Shown here one piece after another: positions 56,989-64,000 of a stretch of 64,000 bases of DNA. The DNA is taken from positions 26,294 through 90,293 of the forward strand of contig JAZNSH010000050.1 of the NCBI GenBank assembly GCA_045591115.1, in the 5' to 3' direction. This DNA is from Clostridia bacterium. Lineage in GTDB: Bacteria > Bacillota > Clostridia > Christensenellales > QALW01. The stretch's first letter is position 1, and the number at the start of each line of letters is the position of its first letter. The notes beneath the pieces were generated by a model. The model had not been told where the DNA came from. It searched no databases and was given only the letters and a program-made list of their open reading frames with translations. The translations under genes and the position numbers were made by a program.

Positions 56989-57486
56989 ATGTTTAAAATT
57001 AGCAGAAAAGCAATGGTTATTTCGTTAATGGTAGTTCTTTTGTTTGTAACGGGATTATTAAACCTGAAATATATTTCATCAGATGAAAATGTAGAAGATG
57101 TAAATTCTGAAAATGTACTTGAAGGAGAGGTTGAAACGGCTAATTTTTTTACCACGTATAAAAGTGAAAGAATGAGTAATAGAGAAGAAGAAATGACTTA
57201 TCTTGATAGTGTTATAGCAAATGCGTCAACAGATACTGAAACAATCAACGAAGCACAGCAAATGAAAATGGAGATCATAGCCAATATGGAGCTTGAAAGT
57301 ACTCTTGAAGGATTATTGGTGGCAAAAGGCTTTGATGATGCTATTGTAACATTTGGTTCCACCAGTGTGAATATTGTTGTAAAGGATAAAGAACTTACAC
57401 AAGCGAAGGTAGCACAGATCCTTGATATTGTAACAACAGAAACGCAATATACGGCAGGAGAAGTAAAAGTAATTCAAGCTGAATAA
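56989..57486 (+). CDS. spoIIIAH: Stage III sporulation protein AH
   Basis: 165 aa. N-terminal TM. SpoIIIAH-like C-terminal domain. Last gene of the operon. Confidence 0.82.
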   Translation: MFKISRKAMVISLMVVLLFVTGLLNLKYISSDENVEDVNSENVLEGEVETANFFTTYKSERMSNREEEMTYLDSVIANASTDTETINEAQQMKMEIIANMELESTLEGLLVAKGFDDAIVTFGSTSVNIVVKDKELTQAKVAQILDIVTTETQYTAGEVKVIQAE

Positions 57487-57492
57487 AAAAAT

Positions 57493-57528
57493 GCAGACAG
57501 ATCTTTTTTACAGAGCTGTCTGCTTTTT
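57493..57528 (+). terminator. Intrinsic terminator after spoIIIAH
   Basis: GCAGACAG-15 nt-CTGTCTGC followed by TTTTT. Confidence 0.7.
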
Positions 57529-57534
57529 CGTAAC

Positions 57535-57564
57535 AAAAAAAGCTGTTACAAACGTAACAGCTTT
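57535..57564 (-). terminator. Intrinsic terminator downstream of rpmB
   Basis: AAAGCTGTTAC-4 nt-GTAACAGCTTT. A-run 57535-57541 gives the U-tract on the - strand. Confidence 0.75.
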
Positions 57565-57580
57565 AATTTGTGCAAATAAA

Positions 57581-57772
57581 TTATAATGCTCTTGTAACCT
57601 TACCTGAACGAAGGCAACGAGTGCAAACACAAATCTGCTTGGGTGAGCCATCAACAATAGCTCTAACTTTCTGTACATTAGGTGCCCAGTAAGTTCTTGT
57701 ATGACGGTTTGAGTGGCTTACCTTGTTACCGGACATTACGCCCTTCTGACAAATCTCGCAATATTTTGCCAT
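57581..57772 (-). CDS. rpmB: 50S ribosomal protein L28
   Basis: 63 aa. MAKYCEICQKG...GNKVSHSNRHTRTYWAPNVQ is the L28 signature. Confidence 0.95.
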   Translation of the reverse strand: MAKYCEICQKGVMSGNKVSHSNRHTRTYWAPNVQKVRAIVDGSPKQICVCTRCLRSGKVTRAL

Positions 57773-57820
57773 AAGTGCACCTCCTTTTAAGGATGATAAA
57801 AATTTTAGAGCGTTGCTCTT

Positions 57821-57897
57821 TGGTGTGCGTGGAGGGACTCGAACCCCCGACCTACTGGTTCGTAGCCAGTCACTCTATCCAGCTGAGCTACACACAC
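57821..57897 (-). tRNA. tRNA-Arg (anticodon ACG), CCA encoded
   Basis: Reverse strand reads GTGTGTGTAGCTCAGCTGGATAGAGTGACTGGCTACGAACCAGTAGGTCGGGGGTTCGAGTCCCTCCACGCACACCA. 7-bp acceptor stem, anticodon loop CTACGAA, T-loop TTCGAGT. Confidence 0.93.
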
Positions 57898-57928
57898 ATA
57901 AAAGTCATTTCTCATAAGCAACGGTGTA

Positions 57929-57957
57929 ATTATATAACAACCTTTTGAATTTGTCAA
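57929..57957 (-). promoter_or_regulatory. Perfect-consensus SigA promoter for tRNA-Arg/rpmB
   Basis: Reverse strand reads TTGACA (57957-57952), 17 nt, TATAAT (57934-57929). Confidence 0.75.
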
Positions 57958-58037
57958 ACGTTTTCTTAAAAAATTTTTCTTTATTTTCTTTTTCTTTTGT
58001 GGTAAAATATTTTTAACATTAAATAATTCTATCATAA

Positions 58038-58054
58038 TGTTATCACAATGTTAT
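58038..58054 (+). promoter_or_regulatory. WalR-type direct repeat TGTTAT-N5-TGTTAT upstream of the second two-component operon
   Basis: TGTTAT (58038-58043), CACAA, TGTTAT (58049-58054). It lies 10 nt upstream of a TATTAT -10 (58065-58070). It is embedded in the 8-bp inverted repeat TATCATAA / TTATGATA (58030-58037 / 58051-58058). Confidence 0.45.
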
Positions 58055-58101
58055 GATATTATCATATTATAAAAAATATTTCACTGAAAGGAAGTTTTTA
58101 T

Positions 58102-58782
58102 ATGGCAAGAGTACTTATTGTTGACGATGAAGAAAATATCAGGATTGGTTTAAGGGAATATGCCGAGTTTGAAGGGCATGTTGTTACTGAGGCAGTTGAT
58201 GGTATGGATGCTGTTAATAAATGCAAGAATAATGATTATGATATAATTATTATGGACATTATGATGCCGCGTCTTGACGGATTCTCTGCTTGCAAGGAAA
58301 TAAGAAAGACTAAGGATATACCTGTTCTGATGCTTTCGGCGCGTGGCGAAGAATACGATAAGCTTTTCGGGTTTGAGTTAGGAATTGATGATTATGTTGT
58401 TAAACCCTTTTCACCTAAAGAAGTTATGGCGAGAATCAATGTTATTGTTTCACGCAGGGAAAATGCAGCAAAAGAGCCTGAAAATAAGCACGTTGTTATT
58501 AAAGGAATTGATATTGATCTTTCTGCAAGAAAAGTATATGTTGACGGTAAACGCATTGAATTAACGCCCAAAGAGTATGAATTACTTACCTTTATGATTA
58601 AGAATAAAAACATTGCTCTTTCACGTAATCAGCTTTTGTCGGAAGTGTGGGGATATGAATTCTTTGGTGATGATAGAACGGTTGATACTCACATTAAAAT
58701 GTTGCGTAACAGTATTGAACCCTATAGAGATTTGATTTCAACAGTCAGGGGAGTAGGTTATATTTTTGAAACGGAAGACTAA
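58102..58782 (+). CDS. OmpR/PhoB-family response regulator
   Basis: 226 aa. Receiver domain (DIIIMDIMMP, VVKPF) plus winged helix (RTVDTHIKMLRN...RGVGYIF). Confidence 0.92.
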   Translation: MARVLIVDDEENIRIGLREYAEFEGHVVTEAVDGMDAVNKCKNNDYDIIIMDIMMPRLDGFSACKEIRKTKDIPVLMLSARGEEYDKLFGFELGIDDYVVKPFSPKEVMARINVIVSRRENAAKEPENKHVVIKGIDIDLSARKVYVDGKRIELTPKEYELLTFMIKNKNIALSRNQLLSEVWGYEFFGDDRTVDTHIKMLRNSIEPYRDLISTVRGVGYIFETED

Positions 58783-60262
58783 CGTTAAGATAAAAATTTG
58801 GGAATATTTCTGTATATTTGCCGTTTTGCTTCTTGTGATTATATGGCTACTGCAAATTGTTTTTCTAAAGTATCTGTATATTGGTTCAATGGCAACGGAA
58901 AATATGGATAATGCAAGAGAACTTGTTTCACTTTATAAAGACGGTAAACTGAACAAAGAAGAAGTTTATAAAAGCGCAAATAAGAATAATCTCGTTATTA
59001 TAATTACTGATGAAAAGAACTACATAAAATATGCTTGTGATGATATGGGAAAGCTTGATAATGCAAGATTAAATAATCTTGATCAATATTTCAGGTTTTT
59101 GGGAAATGTACGTAAATCAATTGACGATGATTTTAACAATGAAATTGATTTTCGTATTGATAATGAAGCCTCTAATCAAAGTATGCTTCTCTACGCCGCA
59201 TCTGCAACGGAAGAATTTTCGGGTGAACGTGCATATTTTTACGTTATGTCACAACTTGAACCGATTGACTCGGTTGTCGCGGTTATTCAGAGTCAATTTA
59301 TTGGAATAACTGTAATTGTTCTTCTTATTGCTTCCATTATTGCATATGTTATTGCATACAGATTTTCCAGGCCTGTTGAAAAGCTGACACATTCGGCGCG
59401 TGAGCTTGCTATGGGAAATACGGCTGTTGATTTTGAAGTTGATGAAGCTTTTGGCGAAATATCCGATCTTTCTAAAGCACTTAATTATGCTACTGAAGAG
59501 ATAGTCAAGTCGGCAGAGTACAGACGCGAGCTTGTTGCAAATGTTTCACATGATTTAAGAACGCCTTTGACGATGATTAAAATGTATGCCGAAATGATTC
59601 GCGATATTTCGGGAGACAACAAGGAAAAACGTGAAAAAAATCTACAGACCATCATTGATGAAACTGATAGGTTATCGCGTCTTGTTAATGATATTCTTGA
59701 CCTTTCGTCACTTGAAGCGGCAAGTAATAAGGTAGAGATAAATGCCTTTGACATTTCAAAAACAATAACCAATATTTTGGAAAAGTTTGCGATTTTGACT
59801 GAAAGAGGATACTCTTTTGAATTTGAAGCACCTGAAAAGGCTTATGTTATGGGTGATGAGGCAAGAATTGAGCAGGTAATTTATAATCTTTTATCAAATG
59901 CAATAAATTATACCGGTGAAGATAAACGAGTAATCATTCGCATAACAAAGAAATTTGATTGTTCGCGTATTGAGATTATTGACACGGGAAATGGAATTCC
60001 AAAGGAAGAACTTGCGAATATTTGGAACAGATATTACCGAGCCAAAACACACGTTCGTTCTCAGGTTGGAACGGGGCTTGGGTTATCTATTGTTAAAAAA
60101 ATACTTGAAGGGCATAATTCTGACTTTGGAATAGAGAGTACGATAGGCGTAGGTTCAAATTTCTGGTTTGAATTAAAATTACCTGAAAATTCCAATAATA
60201 AAATTCTTAGGCTTGCAGATAATAATATCGTAAGTGATGATGATTCATTTACGAATAATTAA
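58766..60262 (+). CDS. Sensor histidine kinase (2 TM, HAMP-like, HisKA, HATPase)
   Basis: 498 aa. TTG start overlaps the regulator gene. H-box VSHDLRTPLTMI, N-box SNAINYT, G-box GTGLGLSIV. Confidence 0.9.
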   Translation: MKRKTNVKIKIWEYFCIFAVLLLVIIWLLQIVFLKYLYIGSMATENMDNARELVSLYKDGKLNKEEVYKSANKNNLVIIITDEKNYIKYACDDMGKLDNARLNNLDQYFRFLGNVRKSIDDDFNNEIDFRIDNEASNQSMLLYAASATEEFSGERAYFYVMSQLEPIDSVVAVIQSQFIGITVIVLLIASIIAYVIAYRFSRPVEKLTHSARELAMGNTAVDFEVDEAFGEISDLSKALNYATEEIVKSAEYRRELVANVSHDLRTPLTMIKMYAEMIRDISGDNKEKREKNLQTIIDETDRLSRLVNDILDLSSLEAASNKVEINAFDISKTITNILEKFAILTERGYSFEFEAPEKAYVMGDEARIEQVIYNLLSNAINYTGEDKRVIIRITKKFDCSRIEIIDTGNGIPKEELANIWNRYYRAKTHVRSQVGTGLGLSIVKKILEGHNSDFGIESTIGVGSNFWFELKLPENSNNKILRLADNNIVSDDDSFTNN

Positions 60263-60278
60263 CGGAGCGAATAATTTT

Positions 60279-60434
60279 ATGTCAAAAATGTCTACGGCAC
60301 TTAAATATGAGATTGCCAAAAGTCTTGGCGTGTACGATACGGTGAAGAATTCAGGCTGGGGTGACGTTTCATCCCGTGACTGTGGCCATATGGTTTCCAA
60401 GGCTATAGAAATTGCAGAAAAAAGCTTAAAATAA
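60279..60434 (+). CDS. Alpha/beta-type small acid-soluble spore protein (short variant)
   Basis: 51 aa from ATG 60279. LKYEIAKSLGV and SSRDCGHMVSKAIEIAE align with the two conserved SASP blocks. The track start 60234 lies inside the kinase gene. Confidence 0.7.
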   Translation: MSKMSTALKYEIAKSLGVYDTVKNSGWGDVSSRDCGHMVSKAIEIAEKSLK

Positions 60435-60443
60435 CCTATAATT

Positions 60444-60471
60444 GGCGGAGCACATCAGGTGCTCCGCCTTT
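60444..60471 (+). terminator. Hairpin terminator after the SASP gene
   Basis: GGCGGAGCAC-5 nt-GTGCTCCGCC followed by TTTC (short U-tract). Confidence 0.6.
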
Positions 60472-60523
60472 CATATTTAACGCTTCTTTTGCATACATTT
60501 TATTAAAAAAAGGAGTGTGTGTG

Positions 60524-60835
60524 ATGTATAAACCGGGGAACTACGTGCTGTATAAAGAACATATGAATTTTAGGCAAGAACCAAGTGCTAACTCAAAAGC
60601 TATTGGAGTTATTCCGATGGGAACCTGCATAGACGTTACTGATGTAAAAGATAATTGGGGAAAAACGCGAATAAAAGAAAAAGATGGGTGGTGTTGTATA
60701 AGTGAGTGCTTCGCAAAACGCGTGTGTCTTTGCGAAAGCGATGAATGTTGTTACTATAAAAGTTTTTTACAGCTTGAAGAAAAATATAACGAGTTGTTAC
60801 AGAAAATTGACAAAATAGGGGATTTATTAAAATAA
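60524..60835 (+). CDS. Small SH3b-like protein with a Cys-rich segment and coiled-coil tail
   Basis: 103 aa from ATG 60524 (AAGGAG upstream). SH3b-like MNFRQEPSANSKAIGVIPMGTCIDVTDVKDNWGKTRI. Then CCISECFAKRVCLCESDECC. Confidence 0.6.
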   Translation: MYKPGNYVLYKEHMNFRQEPSANSKAIGVIPMGTCIDVTDVKDNWGKTRIKEKDGWCCISECFAKRVCLCESDECCYYKSFLQLEEKYNELLQKIDKIGDLLK

Positions 60836-60840
60836 TTTAA

Positions 60841-60869
60841 TTGCAAATATAAGTATGTTATGGTATAAT
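60841..60869 (+). promoter_or_regulatory. SigA-type promoter of the CapA-like gene
   Basis: TTGCAA (60841-60846), 17 nt, TGgTATAAT (extended -10, hexamer 60864-60869). Confidence 0.7.
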
Positions 60870-60900
60870 CAACATAAGAAATTAATTTGGAGTTGATTAT

Positions 60901-62169
60901 ATGAGCGGTTTAAAAAACTATCATTTTCGATATATAAAACTTGTTTTTTACATACTTATTGTTGTTTCAATTATTACATTATTGTTTGTTATGCTCTTTA
61001 AAAATTCAGCGCAGAATCAAGAGCCGAACGAATCTATAAATAATGTAGCACCAACGCCTTCACCCGTTGTTGAAGATACAAATAGAATCAAGATTCAGCT
61101 TGCAGGAGATATTGTTCTTAATGACAAGCTCCTTAATAGTAATAAAAATGCTTACGGTGAATATAACTTTGATAATTGTTTTTCAACGATAAGTCCAAGC
61201 CTTGATGGTGATCTTGTTTTATTTAATCTTGAGGGACTTGTTGACGTCAATAAAAACGGCACAGATATTGCAGGTGCCCCTTACTATAATTACCCTAAAG
61301 AAATTGCAATAGCTGCCTACAATGCGGGCTTTAACGTTTGCATAACAGCAAATGATCGTGCAGCTCTGTTTTCTGATGAAGGCATTAAAAATAATGTTGA
61401 AAATATTCGTGAAACAGGCCTTTTGATTTCGGGCAGTTCTCTTGAGGGAGAAAATAATTATCTTGTAAAAGAGTTTAATGGAATTAAAATCGCTGTTCTT
61501 GCTTATACAGACAAGTTTTCAAATTTTGATAAAATAGATGCTGAACGTGTTGCAAGTATTGATTTTCATGATGTTGAAGGTACAATGGACAGAATTGAAG
61601 AAGATATTGCATCTGCAAAGGAAGAAGGAGCTGAGATTATAATTGCCTCGATGCATTGGGGCGAAGAGCTTGCTTCAGAAGTAACCACTGAGCAAAAGGA
61701 ACTTGCTGACAGAATGCTTAAAAGCGGTGTTGATATCATTTACGGAACACGTCCACACGTTTTTCAGCCTGTAACCTTTAAGCAGATTCCTGATGAAACA
61801 GGTGAACGCAAAAAAGTAATTGTTGCTTATTCAATGGGTAATATTTTATCACAACCTACAGTCACTACAGGACAGATTACTCAGCAAAGCGGTATTTTAA
61901 ATATTTATATTGAAAGAGACACTAACGGTAAAGCATATATTTCAAGTGCAGAATGTATGCCGGTTTATATTTATGCAAAAGCATTAGATAGTGTTGGTTC
62001 CAATTATTCTTATTCAATTTTGCCTGCAACGGAGTATGCGCTTTCTGAGGAAAGACCGCAGATTTTCCTCAATGATGAAGATTGGCAAAACTGTAAAACC
62101 GCCTACGAGAATATGAAGGAAATTGTTGAAAAGCGTCCCGATGATGAAATTTTGCTTGGCTTAAAATAA
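60901..62169 (+). CDS. CapA/PGA_cap-family metallophosphoesterase-like membrane-anchored protein
   Basis: 422 aa. N-terminal TM. GDIVLND and SMHWGEE motifs typical of CapA-family proteins. Confidence 0.75.
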   Translation: MSGLKNYHFRYIKLVFYILIVVSIITLLFVMLFKNSAQNQEPNESINNVAPTPSPVVEDTNRIKIQLAGDIVLNDKLLNSNKNAYGEYNFDNCFSTISPSLDGDLVLFNLEGLVDVNKNGTDIAGAPYYNYPKEIAIAAYNAGFNVCITANDRAALFSDEGIKNNVENIRETGLLISGSSLEGENNYLVKEFNGIKIAVLAYTDKFSNFDKIDAERVASIDFHDVEGTMDRIEEDIASAKEEGAEIIIASMHWGEELASEVTTEQKELADRMLKSGVDIIYGTRPHVFQPVTFKQIPDETGERKKVIVAYSMGNILSQPTVTTGQITQQSGILNIYIERDTNGKAYISSAECMPVYIYAKALDSVGSNYSYSILPATEYALSEERPQIFLNDEDWQNCKTAYENMKEIVEKRPDDEILLGLK

Positions 62170-62177
62170 AAACTTAC

Positions 62178-62202
62178 AGCCACCGCTATGGTGGCTTTTT
62201 TT
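62178..62202 (+). terminator. Intrinsic terminator after the CapA-like gene
   Basis: AGCCACC-5 nt-GGTGGCT followed by TTTTTT. Confidence 0.75.
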
Positions 62203-62216
62203 CAGGAGTTAAAAAA

Positions 62217-63830
62217 ATGAATGACATTCAGTATTTTGAATTGCATAAAAATGTTAAAAGAAAATATCTTGCAAAGGGAAAAAATTATATAACCTTTGAC
62301 GAGAGTTGGTGTATTTGTAATTCTTTCAACGAAATTTTCTTTGCAACAGAAGATTTTAAAGAATGTTTGAAAAAATGCTTTAATATTTCTTTGGGCGAAA
62401 ATACGGAGAAAGTAATTAAATTTACAATTAGTGAAATGGATGAACGTTCCTTTGAAATTATTGTTGAAGATAAATTGGTAGAGTTTATTGCTTCAAATAA
62501 TTTTATGCTCGTTCAAGCGCTTTATTATGCTGAAGATTTAATGAAGCAATTTGGTGATGGTTCTCTTGAAAAAAAGCATTTTTCTGTTAAAAGAAGAATT
62601 TTAAACAGAATAGCAACATCATCTCTTGAAAACGGCGAAATTACAAAGGAATATACAAATATTCTTTTGCACTATGGCTATAACGGTGTTATTTTATTTT
62701 CACATAGTGCTGAGAGCCTTGAAATTCTTCGTTCGGTTGGTTTGAAGGCTTTTCTTCAAAGTGATGAAAAAGAATATTTTTCATTATACGACGGTGCGAT
62801 ATCTGAAGAGGGTCAAATTTTATTCCTTGAAGGAAACTCCGATAAGATAAGTTGCCTTGAGAAGACAAATAAGAAAATTGTTGTTTTATCTTATGACGAA
62901 GGACAAGCTATTGAACGTGACGGAGTAAGTTTTGTTACAAAATCAGGCTCTGTTATTATGTCGCAACCTTCTGATTTATTTAAGCAGTTGTATGAAATTG
63001 CTCGTAATCGCGGTATTGAGGTGTGGGTGCAGAATTATGCTTGCGGAAAAACGGAAGAAATTCCATCAATACCGTATATCCCTGCTATGATGCAGTGGTT
63101 TATGCGTTTGAATCATTTAAGCGAATATGAAGTAAGTTGTACTGTTGAAAGTGGCAAAACGGGATTTATTCCTTCTATAGTAGGAGAATTTGCTAAAGCA
63201 CAGAGCTTTAGTCCTTGTGATGAGGGTGGAATTTGTATTCAAAAAATTGCCGCATTACACTTTGGTGCAGAGAATACCGAAAAAGTTATGATGGCATTTA
63301 AAAAAGTAACTGACGGAGTTAATTTTTTGGTGTATAATAATGCTGATGAAGAAGGTCCTTTGCTTTTCGGTCCTGCGTACCCCCTTGTGAATAATAAAAT
63401 CTATCATTACGATTTTGAAAATAATGATATTACCTATGAAACAGACTTGAATTTAAAGGCGGCGGATTGCTTTAACAAGGCATCGTTGATTTTAAGTCAT
63501 ATCGAAAACGAGGAAGCAAAGCAACTGTCATATATTTTGGCTTTTTTGGTAAATACCTTAGTTACCTGTGCAAACACAAAAAGATGGTATAGACGTATTG
63601 CTGTTTTGGAAACTACGGATGCTGATTACAAGAAGAAGTTCTTATATGAACAGCTGTTAAAAATCGGAGAGCAAGAAATCAAAAATGCTTATGATACTGC
63701 AGAGATTTTAATAAATGCTCCATTTTTAGAGGGTAGCAATGAGGAGTATTTATGCACAGCGGATGCACTTGAGGCAAAAATTAAACTAACGGAAAAAGCC
63801 GTTGAAGAAATACGTAAAAAAATACTTTGA
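62217..63830 (+). CDS. Large cytoplasmic protein of unknown function
   Basis: 537-aa ORF. No signal peptide or TM helix. No motif I recognise. Confidence 0.6.
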   Translation: MNDIQYFELHKNVKRKYLAKGKNYITFDESWCICNSFNEIFFATEDFKECLKKCFNISLGENTEKVIKFTISEMDERSFEIIVEDKLVEFIASNNFMLVQALYYAEDLMKQFGDGSLEKKHFSVKRRILNRIATSSLENGEITKEYTNILLHYGYNGVILFSHSAESLEILRSVGLKAFLQSDEKEYFSLYDGAISEEGQILFLEGNSDKISCLEKTNKKIVVLSYDEGQAIERDGVSFVTKSGSVIMSQPSDLFKQLYEIARNRGIEVWVQNYACGKTEEIPSIPYIPAMMQWFMRLNHLSEYEVSCTVESGKTGFIPSIVGEFAKAQSFSPCDEGGICIQKIAALHFGAENTEKVMMAFKKVTDGVNFLVYNNADEEGPLLFGPAYPLVNNKIYHYDFENNDITYETDLNLKAADCFNKASLILSHIENEEAKQLSYILAFLVNTLVTCANTKRWYRRIAVLETTDADYKKKFLYEQLLKIGEQEIKNAYDTAEILINAPFLEGSNEEYLCTADALEAKIKLTEKAVEEIRKKIL

Positions 63831-63850
63831 CGTTAAATGGAGGACTTGTT

Positions 63851-64000
63851 ATGCTTGAATTACAAAATATTTCTTATTGCGTAAAAGATGAAAACAACAA
63901 TGATAAAGAAATCTTGAAAAATATTTCCGTAACGATTAACGATAGGTTTGTTGCTGTTACCGGACCTAACGGTGGAGGAAAAAGTACTCTTGCAAAAATA
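63851..64000 (+). CDS. ABC transporter ATP-binding protein, N-terminal part (runs off the right edge)
   Basis: GGAGG lies 7 nt before ATG 63851. Walker A GPNGGGKST. Confidence 0.8.
   Translation, partial: MLELQNISYCVKDENNNDKEILKNISVTINDRFVAVTGPNGGGKSTLAKI

Noticed and set aside
57805-58035. 76-aa ORF on the - strand
   Set aside because: It overlaps the tRNA-Arg gene and its consensus promoter, and so is an artefact of the GC-rich tRNA sequence.
1-64000. Search for mobile elements, prophage genes, toxin-antitoxin pairs or known defence systems
   Set aside because: I saw no transposase, integrase, recombinase, terminal inverted repeats or recognisable defence-gene motifs. The window is a core chromosomal region.

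Overview
This is a low-GC Firmicutes chromosome, almost certainly a spore-forming member of the Clostridia. Evidence: a complete spoIIIAA-AH operon, an alpha/beta-type SASP gene, a homodimeric GlyRS, AddAB, and an RNase P RNA that looks like type A. The window is mostly core housekeeping. It carries rpsF-ssb-rpsR, addBA, glyQS, nth, obg, nadD-yqeK-rsfS, pgi, mutS2, a PBP1A, the ireB-ruvX-DUF1292 cluster, dgt-dnaG-sigA-trmK-nif3, rnpB, tRNA-Arg(ACG)-rpmB, two OmpR-type two-component systems, two HtrA paralogs and an S41 protease. I saw no transposase, integrase, prophage, CRISPR array or recognisable defence island. No single feature stands out as a clearly novel system, and I could run no searches, so the items below are ranked candidates rather than established discoveries. 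(1) A consensus promoter is followed by an obligatory read-through terminator, with no riboswitch class I recognise. It sits in front of an operon joining a TM1266-type ACT protein to an NMT1/THI5-type ABC importer. (2) An orphan Wzz / BY-kinase / PHP-phosphatase trio carries its tyrosine cluster on the modulator tail instead of the kinase tail. (3) An oversized sortase-B-like enzyme is fused to an SH3b domain and is co-transcribed with a cytosolic hydrolase bearing a (DSD)n tail. (4) A bitopic zinc-ribbon protein contains an 18-bp, 10-copy coding tandem repeat and lies divergent from PBP1A. (5) Direct-repeat operators lie in the -35 regions of htrA and of a two-component operon. (6) A DUF3343 Se/S-carrier-like gene is flanked by two class-V desulfurase-like genes with no scaffold gene nearby. 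Coordinates of starts moved away from the ORF track are justified per feature.
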